Shown: piece after piece, positions 38,747-52,918 of the stretch
Layout of the letters: each line of letters opens with the position of its first letter
Position numbering within the stretch: position 1 is the stretch's first letter
Assembly (NCBI RefSeq): GCF_009834535.1
Contig: NC_045696.1
Location: forward strand, 119,538,001 to 119,602,000
Length of the DNA: 64,000 bases
Direction: 5' to 3'
Origin: Camelus ferus
Taxonomy: Eukaryota
Made by a program: the position numbers and the translations under genes
The notes under the pieces: generated by a model
What the model was told of the DNA's origin: nothing
What the model saw: the letters and a program-made list of their open reading frames with translations, nothing else
Databases searched by the model: none

Positions 38747-38962
38747 AACTGCATTGTCCAATATGATAGCAACTAGCCACATGTGGCAACTTAAATTTAA
38801 ATTCACTTTAATTTTAAATAAAATAAAACAAATTCAGCTCTTCATTCCTGCTCACCACATTTCAAGTACTGGGTAGCTCCATGTGACTCCTGACTGGTAT
38901 GGGACAGCACAGATATGAAACATCTGTATTATCAGAAAGTTCTGGGGGGGGGCAGTACTGGT
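38747..38962. mobile_element. MER3/MER33-like hAT MITE
   Basis: 'ctgcattgtccaatatgatagcaactagccacatgtggcaacttaaattt...ccacatttcaagtact...gacagcacagatatgaaacat'. Confidence 0.75.
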
Positions 38963-40309
38963 AGAGAATAACAGGAAAAGCATAAACCAATTTCTGCTAA
39001 TTCCTGTACTGTTAACTCATACTCTTAATGATGTGAAAGTCACGATCTCTGTTCTGCACTAATCTTTACTGATCTAATGGCCCTTTGCTCTTCCATAAAT
39101 CATAGTGGAAGTAGAAATTTTTGTTTTGTCTCTGGTCCCACACTTTGGAAAAAAGTTACTTGGATCATACTGTGCATTAGAAATTTGGTAAACTTTTAGG
39201 AGGACATCCCATTTTACTCACCATCAGATTTAAACTGAAACAGGATCGTGTTTTCAGTTGGGTATAAAATCTGCTTTCACCTTTGCATTTGTGTGTGTAG
39301 GTAGGAATTGCAGTTATGAAACAATTGTGATGCTATTCTAGTTTTGTATAATGTTTGTTGATACTCACTGGTAATGGTATCTAAAATATCACCTTCAAAC
39401 TTGAGTATATTTGGGCAAGTTAGTAAAGTGCTCTGGCTCACAGGGGAGAAAAGAACATTGGGGTTTTACCCCTAAAATACTAAGTAATTGGCTCATTTGG
39501 TCTCTCTTTCAGAAGACTTTGAGAAATGAGTTTGTTTTTGTCAGGTTTAAAGGGAATAGCTGCTTTTAGGAGTCCTCTCTATGTTGATATTTTATCAGCT
39601 ATTAAAAGTGATGCTGGATGTGAAATGAAGTACAAATACGGTTTTAACCTTTCCCGTCTACAGGACAGACAGTTCATCTAGATGAATTATTTTATTTGGA
39701 GGGAAGGAGGAGGTCTGGATAAGGACGCAGAATTTTAAAGCTGGAAGGTACTTGACATTGTATTTAGCTCAGTCCTCATTTACACTTGAGATAGGAAGCA
39801 GTAGAGCCTGCTTTTCTATGTTATTTCCATATTCATCTTGTATTTTGGTTTCTTATGTCTTGTAAATAGTCTAATACGTAGACGCTAAATATTGGGTAGG
39901 GGTTGTTTTTCTTTATGCCCGTAAGCATCAAGGGGGTTCTAGATTGTTTAAAGATAAAATCAATGAGTAAATAAAACAGTTTGTTTTCATATCCAGTGAA
40001 TGATCTAAATAAGACAGCTTTCTCTCATTTTGTGCCAATGCCAACATGGGGGTAAGAAGTTACTACTGTACTACTTTCTCTTAGTAGATGAAAATAACTT
40101 TTAATTGTAAGTGAAATGAAAATAACTTGTTTCCTATTTGTACAAGTAGAACCATGAACTTTTCCCTTGATTTCCCCTCGCCTCCACATTAAAGTGTTTA
40201 TACAGCATGAATTTGTAACTATTGCAGGGTTTTATTCAACAGGTGTCACTGTCAGGTTTTTTTCTCTTTACAGTTAATAAAAATGTAATCATGCATGATT
40301 ATATTTAAA

Positions 40310-40610
40310 ATTTATTTTATTTGCTTTCCAGCTTTATTGGTAGATTATTAATATATAACATGTAAGTTCAAGGTGTACAAGATGACAGTTTGATACATGT
40401 ACATATTGTGAAATGCTTACCACGGTAAGGTTAGTTAACACCTCCGTCCCCTCACAAATTACCATTTGTGTGTGTGTGTGTAGATAACATTTAATGTTTT
40501 TGAACAACTTTCAATTATACGTACATAATAGAGCATTACTAATTATAGTCACCATGCTGTGCATTAGAGCCCCAGAACTTATAGCTGGAAATTTGTACCC
40601 TTTTACTAAT
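40310..40610 (-). mobile_element. L1MA/MB-type 3' end
   Basis: 'cagctttattggtagat...gttcaaggtgtacaa...atagtcaccatgctgtgcattagagccccagaactt'. Confidence 0.75.
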
Positions 40611-41139
40611 TACAGGATTACATTGTAATGTATCAGCAGCAATTTATAGTATTCCCTAGAAGGAAAGGTAAATGGCCTTTGTTTGGACCAGGGATAACAA
40701 ACTCACAACTGAGAAGCTAAATGGCAGCTGACACTTGGCTTTAGTGTCTAGGAGACAGTAGGGCATGAGGGAGATCATGGCACATAGCAGGTATGTTCTT
40801 TGCTGCTCAGCGGTGAGCCATTGTTGCAGTGCAGGTGTGCCTAGTATTTTTAGAACTCCAGTTTTGTTTTGTTTTGTAAGAAGCCAGAAATCTAGATTCC
40901 TATGAAAATTTTATATACAAATGTTGGCCAGTTAGTAGTTACCATTGAGAAAAATTTAAACCTGTGGGTTTTTTTTTTTTTTTTTCTTCTTCAGTTAAAC
41001 CTGTGGTTTTAAAAGGGCCTGGTAGGGCCCAGTTTATACTGCTAGTTTGGATCAGCTGGAGAAAACAAACGACTATAAAATAAGATTCCTATTTAAAAAT
41101 TTTTCTTTGAGATAAAAGCCAAAAGTGTCATAAACTTTA

Positions 41140-41450
41140 AAAAACTGAGATTATAATTTACATACCATAAAATACACCCTTTTAAAGTGTTGAGTAGTTT
41201 TCAGTATTCACAGAGTTGTACAACCTTTACCACTGCCTAATTCCAGAATGTTTTCATCCCTCCAAAAAGCCATTAACAGTGACTCTGTGTTACCCTCTCC
41301 CTGGCAGTCGCTAATCTACTTTCTGTCTCTATGAAGTTGCCTATTCTGGATATTTCATATAAATGGAATCATACAATATGTGGCCTTTTATGTCTGACTT
41401 CCTTCACTTAGCATAATATTTTTAAAGTTTATCCTTGTAGTAGCATGAAT
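41140..41450 (-). mobile_element. L1MB-type 3' end
   Basis: 'ataatttacataccataaaatacacccttttaaagtgt...ctggatatttcatataaatggaatcatacaatatgtgg'. Confidence 0.8.
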
Positions 41451-43855
41451 CAGTCAGTCATAAACTTTTATATCATGTTTAAGAGTTTATTTTTAAAAAG
41501 GTCCTATGCTTTTATACTGTTTTACTGCCTCGGGTAGTGTGCATATGTATAAGCTAGATTTTTTTGTTTCTGTTTTCTGAGTTTGTTTTATAACCCGAGT
41601 TAAACTTGTTGGCAGTAGTACTAAAGGATAATAGCTTTCACTTTTGGATTACTTCTGTAGAGGATCCATCTTTGTGCTCGCTCCTGAGTTAATGGTCGTT
41701 AGGTAAGAATTCTTAATATATTGAAGGATTGTTTTGAACAGAATTTGTATGTATCAGTGAGTAGATATTGGATGGATAAGAATAGCTTAATCATTATTTT
41801 GGATTGTAAGTTCTCATTTGTCACTTGTCCACTAAGGATAGAGTATTATTTGTTCAGTAGGAAAAAAAAAAAAGATCCTTGAAATATATAACTGGGGATA
41901 CAGGATGTGTGAAATGCCTGGAAAACACCGATGCCCAAATATTCAAGTATTCTGTATCGGGTGTCTGCTTGCTCTGTGTTGGAGACTGTGGGGGACACAG
42001 GATGCAGTAGCTACCAGCTCTGCCCCTAAGAATTTTATTGACTAGAAAATGAGTGAAGACAGAAACAAAGCACAGTGTCTGAGATACTCTGCATGAAAAG
42101 GTTTATGTAGATGTTGAGGAAAGACATATGGAGCTTGTTGTTTGGAAATGTAACTAACAAGTAGTTCAACCATAAGTGTGTCCATGTCCTCTGTTTCTGG
42201 ATTCCTTGTGTAATACAGTGGAGGACGTGGAGTGCTGCATAAGAGATGCAGGTAACGTGATTCCGCATTCAGAAAGGATCAGATGATCTGATTGCAGGCA
42301 GAGGGAAACCCTTATGGCATGAGAGGTATTTTAGATTCTCAGGAAGGATTTGTCAAGAGCAAACACTTGTGCAGGAAAGCAACAGGAGGGAACCAGAGGG
42401 AACCAACATGAAGGCAAACCAGAAAAAGAGGACGGTGTATTCATGTTGGGTGGGCAGGAGCTAGACCTGTCTGGTGTGTACAGTTGGAAAGGATGGGAAA
42501 TAGATGACTGAGTTTGGACTTGATTAGTAGGTGGTGGGAAGTCCAAATTAGGGACTGTGAAGGGCTTAGCAGGAATGTGCATACACGTCCTCTCAAGAGG
42601 GTTCATAACTTGTATTAGGTCCTCTGAGGGGCCTGCTGCACCCCAGACTTAAATAACCACTGCTTTATAGGTTTCAGAAGAGTTGATTACAGAAGACAAG
42701 TGGGGACACCCAGCACTGGTTAGGCGGCTACTGCATTCATTCAGAACATATGTAAAACATTTTAATTCAGTACAAACTGAGTATATTAAATACTAAGCAG
42801 AAGTTTGAATGAGAATGAGTAAGTCTTTAAAGAATCCTCATTGGCATTATAGTGGCTCACTTATATGTACAATTGTGTCTTATATTCACATGACAGTTGA
42901 CAGTTTGTTTGTTGCATAGTCCCACTAGGGTCAGTTAAACATGAAAATGCAATTAAACGTTGATTCTGGTAGTAGAAAAAAGTGGATCATCCAAGTAGTT
43001 AGCATTTTATCTTGTTTCCTTTAAATTTCTCTAGTATGATGTAAAATTCATGTTCAGTGAACGCACTCTAGCTGGACTAGAGTAAGATACCCCTGGAAAA
43101 TGTGTTGTGCCTGAAGACAGTAGCTTAGGATTAAGCCTTTTTGTTCTGGCTAATATATCATGTCTGTGGACAGTTTACATCAAACCAGTCACACAGTAAT
43201 ACTTCTAATTTAAAGCAAAAGTTAATGAATCTCTAGTTACTTAAACCAATGAAGTTTTAAAGTGTTATAGTACATTGTGCACAATGATTAAAGTTCTCAA
43301 GAACTTTAGGTCTAATTTCCACTCTTATCCCCTAACCCGGTTCTTGGTCATACTGTTAAGTGGTTCATCCACCTTATGTGATAACGATTTTAAGAAAAGT
43401 TGCCGGGATTCTTTGTACTGATGGGCATACGAATCAGTCTGGAGAGAATTACTATTCCCACCACTTTAGTGAAAAGTTCACTTTTGCCCAGTAAATTTAA
43501 GTTCAGATTCTTAATTGGTGATGGTTTACTCATTATTGTAAAGTTAAAGATAGTATCTTTTCTACTCTTAACAATTGAAGGCCATAGTTAATATTAAAAC
43601 ATGCAGCACAGGACAGTTAAAATATTTAAAAAGGGAAATCAGGCAGCAGTTGCTTCTGAAACAAATGCTTATTCTAGGAGCTGGGAATGAAAGTTCTACA
43701 GTTGAGCACTACATTTAACTTTATTTCCTATTACCTGAGGTGCCAATAAGGCCCCACAAACTTTAAGTCTTACAATAGGAAGTATAAATTAGCCTGGAGA
43801 GGGAGCTGGCAGCCTTTTCTCTTGCATCAATTTCTCGATGAAAAAGCTTGATAGC

Positions 43856-45640
43856 TTTTTTTTTTTAAAAAAATACACTTTTTATTGAGGTAACATTACT
43901 TTATAACATTGTGTAAGTTTCATGAGTACAGCATTCTGTTTCTGCTTCTGTATACACTGCAGTGTGCTCACCACCTCCTTCCCCTGCCCCCACCCCTGCC
44001 CCTCTGGTAAACACTACTCAGTGTCTGTATTTATGTGTTTGTTGTTGTTTAGTTTATTTGTTTATTTTGGTTTTTTGCTTATTTTTTTTATATTCCACAT
44101 AAGTGAAATCATACAGTATTTGTCTTTCTCTGCCTGACCAATTTCACTTTGTATAACACCCTCAAGGTCCATTGACATTGTCCAAAAAAGGCAAGATTTT
44201 ATCTTTTTTAATGGCTGAGTAGTATTCCAGTGTTTGTGTATACCATATTTTCTTTATCCTTTCAACCATTGATGAGCACTTAGGCTATTTCCATATCTTG
44301 GCTATTGTAAATAGTGCTGTGAGGAACATAGGAGTACATGTATCTTTTCTAGTTAATATTTTGTGTTCCTTGAATAAATACTCAAAAGTGGGATTGCTGG
44401 ATTATATGGCAGCTCTATTTTTAACTTTTTGAGGAATCTCCATTCTGTTTTTCAGACTGGCTGCACCATTTACATTCCCACCAACAGTGTATGAGGGTTC
44501 CCTTTTCTCCACATCCTTGCCAACACTTGTTATTTCTTGATTTTTTGATAATAGCCATTCTAACAGATGTGAGGTGATATCTCATTTTTAAAAATTTTTT
44601 GATTTGTTCCTAATAATTAGTGACATTGAACATCTTTTCATGTGCTTCTCATATTTGGCCATCTGTATGTCTTCTTTAGAAATGTCTATTCACTTCCTTG
44701 GCCTGCTTTTTAATCAGATTGTTTTTTGTTGTTGAGTTATCGCCTTTTCTTTTTAAAACAGCTTTACTGATAGAATTCACACACCAATTTAAATTGTACA
44801 ATTCAGTGATTTTTAGTATATTCACAGAGCTGTGTATCGCCACAAACAATTTTAGAACATTGTATCAAGCCCCAAAGAAACCTCTTACCCCTAAACCTGT
44901 TCCTCCCCCAGACACGCATTGTCCCCAGCCCTAGGCAACTGCTGATCTACTTTCTGTCTAAAATTTACCTAGTTCACTTAGCATATTTTCAAGGCTCAGC
45001 CATATTGTAGCATGTATCAATTTTTTTTTATTGCTGAATAATACCATATTCCATTGTGTCATGCCACGTTTTATTTATTCACGCAACAGTTGATGGACAT
45101 TTGAATTGTATCCACTTTTTGGGCAGTAAGAATAATGCTGCTATGAACATTTGTGTACAAGCTTTTGTGTGGACAAAAGTTTTTATTTCTCTTGGATATA
45201 TACTTAAAAGGAGGACTAGCTGGGTTATGTGGTCAGTCTGTATTCAGCCTTTTAAAGAACTCCCAGTCTGTTATCCAGGATTGCTGCACCATTGTGCATT
45301 TCCACCAGCAGTGTATGAGGGTTCCAGTCTCTCCACATCCTCGGTAACACTGTCTACCATCCTCGTGTGTGTGAAGTGGTATCATTTGTGGCTTTGAAGT
45401 GCATTTCCCTGATGGTCAATGATGTTGAGCATCTTTTTATCAGATCCTTTGCCCAATTTTTAATCAGGCTATTTGTCTTTTTATTACTGAGTTATAGGAG
45501 CTCTTTATAGATTTTACAGACAGGTCCCTTATCAGATATATGATTTGCAAAAATTTTCTCCCGTTTTGTCGATTGTCTTTCTACCTTCTTGGTAATATTC
45601 TTTGAAGTGCAAAAGCTTTTAATGTTGAAGCCCAGTTTAT
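43856..45640 (-). mobile_element. Cluster of antisense L1 3' fragments (two or more elements)
   Basis: Typical text 'acattcccaccaacagtgtatgagggttcc', 'tagccattctaacagatgtgaggtgatatctcatt', 'cccttatcagatatatgatttgcaaaaattttctccc'. Confidence 0.85.
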
Positions 45641-48600
45641 CACTGATGCTAGAGCATCGACTGGGGGCCTGAGTGCATGGGGCATGTGGGGAGAGGAGCT
45701 GGAGAGAGGGTATCACTACCTCAATTCTGGGTACATTGAGTTCCTGTGGGACCTTCAAACAGAGAAGCATTGTTACAGTGGCAGTTAAGTGTGAGGCTGG
45801 TCCTCCATGGTAATTGATGTGATGAGAAGCGTTCATGGCCGAGGAGAGTGTGGTGGGGAGTATGAGATGAGGTGGGGAATGCTGAGAGGAGCCACCAGCG
45901 CTCCCCAGGAGGGGAGAGTTCCCACAGTGCTCCTGTGGCACCGAGGCTCAGTGTTTTCGTCACCTTTTAGTTTTCTTTTTATCCACACATTGTTCAAAAC
46001 ATCCATGGAAATGTTTTCCCTGTTTGTTCCAGGTCCTTTACTTCCCAAGCCAGTAATTCCTAACATGAGCATATACTGGAGTGACTTAGCCATCTGAAGT
46101 ACAGGTTTTGGGGGTCCTGGGGGTAACGCCCCAGTGTCTATGGTAAAACCTTTTGTGGTAACTAGACTGGCTTGTTCCTCACCAAGGCTGCTGCTTTTTC
46201 GCTGGGATTCCAGCTAGCTTGACTCACTGGCCCCTGCTGCATGCGGGGACGGCCACATGACTGAGAACAGGCTGTAGGAAAGTGAGCAGACGCTGAGCGG
46301 TCCTCAGCCCTGGCCAACACCAGCCTCCCTCAGACACGCCTCTGTTGTCCACCTGCCGGCTGGGCCTTGTCTGTTAGAGCAGCTTCAGAAAGGATGGGAC
46401 CGAGAGCTGGACTCCATCAGCCAGGGCATCTCCAGCCTCCTCGTGCATGCAGCTGATCGTTAATAAGATTTTTTGGATCTTGTAAAAACATGAGATAAAA
46501 ACGAACTGTTATGTTATGCCACAGTTTGGGGATGGATCTATTATAGCATCTGCTGTTACTTTAATGGATACGACTCCTTAGATTATTCTCCAAATTCTGA
46601 CTTAGGAACCACTGCCCTTGGTTTGCACTATTTTGTATTTTTAAACTCCTGTATTTTGTAAGTTAGTCTTCAGCTGTTGACTTCGAGACCTTATATATAA
46701 ATACTATGGGTTTTTTTGTGATAATTTTCATGGAAATGATTATAATTAACATCCTAAGTATTTTATTAGAAAACAAACATTTGTATGCCTATTACCTAGT
46801 GGTCCTTGAAAATGGGGGTATATCTACGTATAATAGAGGGTCTTCTTTCTCGTGTGGGATAGGATGGAGTTAGATAAGGACAGTTTTCTTACCTGTTAAT
46901 TGTAATACTTGGTGCTTTGAGAGCATCAGGGAGAAATGGCTAATGAAACCCAGTGGTAGCGTTGGGGGTCCTTGAAGTATTTTTAATGGGGTTTTATTTA
47001 CCCATGTTCCTCTTGTATTGTCGTTCTCTCTCATTCTTGGTGGACGGGAGCCATATGTAGCCTGAATAAAATGTCCCTTTAGAGGAACAAAAACTATAAG
47101 TACGTTGTTGGCAGATTTGTGTCACATGGGGGTATTTCATTTGAGTGTATGTTTTTCCTTAATCTTTACCACCCGGAAAGAATCGAATACTTTATTTAGG
47201 AGAACTGCAAATCTTAGTCTTGATCCAGATTAAATTGCTGAACTTTAACTGTAGTTAACTGAAGTGTGTTTTGTTTTGTTTTGTTTTTTTTAAAGAAACA
47301 GCTTATTGATGACATTTCCTCTTTCCCTTTTCCTTTTGAGGGAACTCTCAGATTAGAAGTGATGAAAGTCAGAAAGGACCTTCTTAATTATCGTTAGTAT
47401 TATATTTTTATTAGTGTAAATTAATTAGGATAAAATCAGATAATTCCAGCAGGACTTTGAAAGATTTTATATATGTGTGTGTGTGGATGTGTATGTAGAT
47501 GAGTAAACAGAAAGCTTCTATATTGGATAGTTCTCTGAATGGTGAGAGGTTCCCCCACTTTTTGAGAGCTTATAAGCTCTGCAGTGTGCAGTTCCAGAGT
47601 GTCAGACTGGGTCACACCAGGAGTGAGAAGTGTCCCTGGGAGAACCTTAAACAGCAGGGCAAGTGACAGTCACATCCTGGAGAAGTGGAGTTGGTTGGAC
47701 TTCAGGGTTAACAGCAGCTGGCTTTTAAGGGATGTAAAAGCAGTATCAGAGGTGAGCAGTGGAGGTGAAACCAGCTGAATGGATCGGAACAGCAAGTGTA
47801 GTACTAGTCAGGTAAAGCCGCTGAGTAGCCTAATGTAGGGTACAGACAGGTAGTTAGAAACCTGCATGTCTGTAGGAGCTTGGGTGATTCAAGTAGAGAA
47901 GATGTCTGGAACGTAGAGACTTCAATAGATGAGGGCCAGGGGCTGTGACCATCAGACACGCTGATTTAATACTGACCGGGACGGTGAGAGGAAGCCTGAT
48001 TGGAGTATTTCCCAGTTCAGAAACTAGTCGAGAGTTGTAAATCCAACACAGTAGAGGTGTATTAGAGAAATGTTCTGGAAGATTGTGTATATTTTAAATA
48101 ATGGTTAATCCACTCATTTAACAATGAGTGAATGGTTAATCCTTGCTATTTTAAAGAAACAAATTATTTTAAAGATGTATTTTAAGTTACTTTAAATAGA
48201 GTCTCTTAAATTATCCTTCTGTCTCTCTTTTATCATGGAGCTTAATTTCTGTGTATCACTTTCCCTTAGCTTTAGAGGTACTGACTTGACTGCTTGACTT
48301 ACAGATGGCTAGTAATACACGGATTATTTTGCGTGTCCTGGTGCGTTATTTTGTGTTACTGGTTTTAGAACCTCCCATGTTTTGGCTGTTGAATTATGGC
48401 TTTTGAAGTATCATTAATCAGTGTTTCCTTTCCTTGTTAGCTGTGTTCTACCTACTGAGACTCCAGGTTCCGTTATAAAATCGAACTCCCTACCTGCTCA
48501 CTTCTGGCGTCCTCAGCATGTTGGAGCCACAGTCCTGAACTTGGAACTCCCGCTATCTGACACAGCTTCTTTCATTGTTGGCACTGCCATGTCTCCAGGC

Positions 48601-49539
48601 ACAGGGAGCCTGGGCTTCGCTGTCCTGGAACCTCCTTCACCTGGTCTGCTGGGTTCAGTTTGGCCGCACACCGCCCTCTGGAGGGGCCTTGACCTCCAAG
48701 TTTGAGCAGTGTCAGCTCGGGTAGTGTTTTCTGGTGCATGGGAAGCTTTTAGTGCCGGTGTGTTTGCTGAGACTTAACGTGGGGGACCCGTCTACTTCGA
48801 CTGCACAGGTTGACCGACTTCCCTTACTTCTTGTCCCCTCGGGAGCCCAGCCCGGTGCCCCGCTTCAGTCCTGCCTGCCTCTGGCCTATTTGGGGGTCTC
48901 CCTGCATCGCACCCATTCCGTGTGCTTACTCTTTATTTTTGTCCTCTCAACACCTGTTCCACCTTCTGTCAGCCAGCCTGTGCATCCTCCTGTTGGTTTG
49001 CTCGTTCCCACCCCTTCCCCTCGGGCATTTCCCCGGCCTCCCTGCACCGTCAGCCTCTGCCCTCTCTGCTCCTGTCCTTAGTCAGGACACAGCCTCATTC
49101 TTTCCTGCGGCTTTGTTGGCAAGAGAAGCAAGTGACTTGAAAAAAACGTGGCGTGGGTGAGAGTGGACGTGAGAAGTGGGCGTAGAGGATGGGTGTGGGG
49201 GTCCTCACTGAGTGTCGGGAGGGGTAGAGCATCCCTTGTGATTCTGGCCCGGGCACTTACCCTCTGTGACCTTGGGCAACTTATTTCACTTCAGTTTGTG
49301 TTTCCTCACCTAGAAAAGGGAGGTAACTGTGTCTGGCTCCTAGAATTGGTGAATTAAGTGAGAGTGTGTAAAACCTCTGGCGCATGGTTGGCACCTGGTA
49401 AGTGGGATAAATGGCAGTCCTCATACTGAGAAGGACGTTGGCTTGAGAGACCTGGGCAGCTCCGCTGCTTTCTTACTGTGTGGCCGTGGGCAAAGCAACC
49501 AGATCTGGGCTTTGTTTTTAACGTTTTGTTAATATGTTT

Positions 49540-50275
49540 GTTTTTAACATCTTTATTGAGGTACAATTCACATACCACAAAATCTATCCATTTAAATAAT
49601 TTACAGTTCACAGGGTTGTGCAGCTGTCAACCACAGTCTAATTTTGGAACATTTTTATCACCTCAGAAAGAAGCCCCCTACCAGTCGACAGTCACTCCCA
49701 TTTCTCCTGACCCCTCCTCCTTTCTCTCAGCCTTAGGCAACCACTGATTTACAGGCACACCTCAGAGACACTGCACTTTGGTTCCAGACCACTCCAGTAA
49801 TGCGAATATCGCAATAAAGCAAGTCACACGAATTGTTTGGTTTCCCAGTGCGTATATAAGTTGTGTTTATTATAGTCTGTGAGGTGTGCAACAGCAGTAT
49901 GTCTAAAACAAAAGTACATCTCTTAATTAAAAATACTTTATTGCTGTTGTACCATCATTTGACAGTGCAGAGTTGCCACAAACCTTTAATTTGTTTTAAA
50001 AAAATGCAATATCTGCAAAGCACAATAAAGTGAAGTACGCCTGTACTTTGTCTCTGCATTTGCCTTTTCTGGACACGTCAGATAAATGGAATCGTACAAT
50101 ACTTGGTCTTTGTGTCTAGCTTCTCCTACTAAGGAGGTTTTCAAAGTTCATTCGTATTTTCGCACGTATCAGAACTGCATTTTTCATTGCCGGGAAATGT
50201 ACGTATCCACACACTTACCACATTTGGTTTATCCATTCATCACATGATGGCTATTCAGGTGCTTCCACTTTCTGA
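49540..50275 (-). mobile_element. L1MB-type 3' end hosting a Tigger1-derived MITE
   Basis: L1 text on both sides of 49752-50043 joins up ('ggcaaccactgattta' / 'ctttgtctctgcatttgccttttctggac'). Confidence 0.75.
49752..50043 (-). mobile_element. Internally deleted Tigger1 MITE (292 bp), possibly Tigger1a_Art-like
   Basis: TA|caggcacacctc ... gaagtacgcctg|TA: both terminal inverted repeats and TA TSD; right part is the reverse complement of the Tigger1 5' end at 57246. Confidence 0.85.
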
Positions 50276-51574
50276 ACATTTTTAATCTGTAAAATGGGCA
50301 TGGTGATGTCTGCATTGGGTTGTGAGAGTGTTGATAAAGTCCGGTGTGTAGTATTCGCTCAGTAAGGGATCACTTGCCTCCAAACAATTTAAACTCCTCT
50401 TTCCCCTTGACTTTCTCAGTCAGCCTGTGGATTACTTCTGCCTTGTATTGTATTCTCTGTTTCAGCTCTGAGACCACTGAGAATTGGTGAAGAAAGTAGT
50501 GAAACCAGGCTGATGATAGGGCAGTTTTCTGATGTCTGACTTCATTTGTACCCTCATGGCTGTTTAAACAGTCCTTCTCATATCTTTTCTGTATCTGGTA
50601 ATATTTATTTCTGCCTTTCTTCATTTTGACATGTGGTTGTACTTGTATGCCCTAATTTACCAGGAGAAGTCTGCCTACCCACATAAGCTTTTCTTTTGAT
50701 CCCCTTCCTTAATGCAGGTCATCTACTTCTACACTTCGCTTTCTGATTTTATCTTTTTCTTATTCTGACTCAGAGGAGGAATTTTTCTTTCTCAGACTAT
50801 TCTACTGTACTCCTAATCATATCCTCATCTGAGCTTTAGATGTATTATTTCATATTTATTTTTCCTTTTTTGCACGTCTCTCCCTGCACTCACACGTTGC
50901 TGTATGTTGGTGTCTAGATGGACACTACCTGTTACTGTTAGTCAAAATTCTAATACTCAGACTGGGCAGAAGCAGGTAAGCAACACCCACACAGAATTCA
51001 ACCTTAACGCAGCTCTTTTTCTGTCTGGGTATTACAATGTAACTTGAAAAATACTGCTTGCTTCAGTGTGAAGCAGTAACTCGGGGTTGTCTGAGTTGAA
51101 TTTCTTTGATTAGAATAGTGAAAACATTTTCCTTTGCATTCTCATGTGTTGAGGCTGAGTATATGTGATATCCAAAAGCAGGGTTTTTTCCATGTGTCCT
51201 TTTGTTAAGTATTATCTCTAGAGACAAATATGACCCACCCTTAAGGTTGATTGTAGTGTATGCTGAACCATGTTGATTTTAGTATGTGCTGAGTTTGTAT
51301 GGCTTTCGTTGGTTCTACGTTCCTCTCTGTCTGACTGCCCGGTCAGAAAATCTTCCTTTTTACCCCATTTAGTTCTCTCCGTCTACAGTTCAGCCCTTTC
51401 CTGTGGTGGTGTCTACGACAGAGTTCCCGTATGGCTGCTCAGCCTTTCAGGTTGGATTCAGGGAGCTGGTGATTGGTTAGACAAGTGGCTCTTTTTTTTT
51501 TTAAACAGTTTTTTAAGGTATAATTTACATACCCTAAAATTCACCTGTTTCAAGAATACCGTTCAGTTATTACC

Positions 51575-52328
51575 TGTTACTGAAAATCTCAAGTCTCCTG
51601 TGTTTCTCCTTTATTCTCGAACTTCTACTATACGCCACACTTCTGACACCAGAGTGGTGTCCCACAGTCCACCTGTTCTGATCCTGCCTACTTGGAGGGA
51701 GCATCAGACCCCACAGGTTTGGGGCTTGGTCCTGCAAGGCTGCCCTCCCTGCCTCTGAAGCCTGTGGCAAGTTCAGGTTATCCCCGGTGTTCTGACTAGC
51801 TTTAAATCAAACGCTCCTGATTAATTTGGTAAAGGAGCTCACAGAGCTCAGGGAAGTATTTTACTTACTAGATTATCGGCCTGTTGTAAAAGGATATAAT
51901 TCAGGACTCGCCAGATGGAAGAGATGCATAGGGCAGGGTGTGAGGGAGGGGCATGGGACCTCTGTGCTCTCCAGTGTGCCATGTGTTCACCAACACGGAA
52001 GCTCTCTGAACTCCATCCTTTGGGGTTTCATTTTGTAGGCAGGATGGATTGAATCATTGGCCATTGGTGAATGAACTCAGTCTCCAGCCCCTCTTCCCTC
52101 CCCAGGATGGGGGTGCGTGGGCCTAAAAGTTCAAACCCTCTAATACAAGGTTGATTTTCCTGGCAGCTACACGATCTTTAGGTGTTTTCCAGAAGTCACC
52201 TCATTAACATAATGAAAGACACCTTTGCTGTTCTTGTCACAGGAAATTCCGAGGCTTTTAGTAGCTTTGTGCCAGGAATGGAGGTAGACAAAATATATAT
52301 TTCTTATTAACATGTGACAGTATCATGA
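51575..52328. mobile_element. MER21-like ERVL LTR
   Basis: 'cacttctgacacca', 'gctcacagagctcagggaa', 'gccagatggaagagatgcatagggcaggg', 'tcattggccattggtga'; flanked by tacc on both sides. Confidence 0.75.
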
Positions 52329-52431
52329 TACCTGATAGTCACTGATAGAAATTTGAATTGTTCCCCATTTTTGGCAGTTATGAATTATGCTGCTATGAAT
52401 ATTCATATAAATCTTTGTGTAGATGTGTGTG

Positions 52432-52918
52432 GTTTTTTTGTTTTTTTATTGAGTACAGTCAGTTACAATGTGTCAGTCTCTGGTGTACAGCACAATGTCC
52501 CAGTCATGCATATACTTACATGTATTCATTTTCATATTTTTTCCTTTAAAGGTTCTTACACGATACTGAACATAGTTCCCTGTGCTATACAAAAGAAACA
52601 TTAAAAAATTATTTGTATATAGTAGCTAACATTTGTAAATCTCAAACTCCCAAATTTATCCTGTCACCCCCTTTACTTGGTAACCATAAGATTGTTTACT
52701 AAGTCTGCCAGTCTGTTTCTGTTTTGTAGATGAGTTCATAGTGTCTTTTTTTTTTTTTAAGATTCCACATATGAATTATACCATATGGTATCATAAGTCG
52801 GGCTTACTTCACTTAGAATGATGATCTCCAGGTCCATCCATGTTGCTGCAAATGGCATTATTTCATTCTTTGTGTGGCTGAATAGTATTCCACTGTATAA
52901 ATACACCACATCTTCTTT
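52432..52918 (-). mobile_element. Young L1 3' fragment nested in an older L1
   Basis: T-rich tail plus 'gtacagtcagttacaatgtgtcagtctctggtgtacagcacaatgtcccagtcatgca'; TSD-like tgtgtagat.tgtg at ~52416 and ~52920. Confidence 0.85.
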
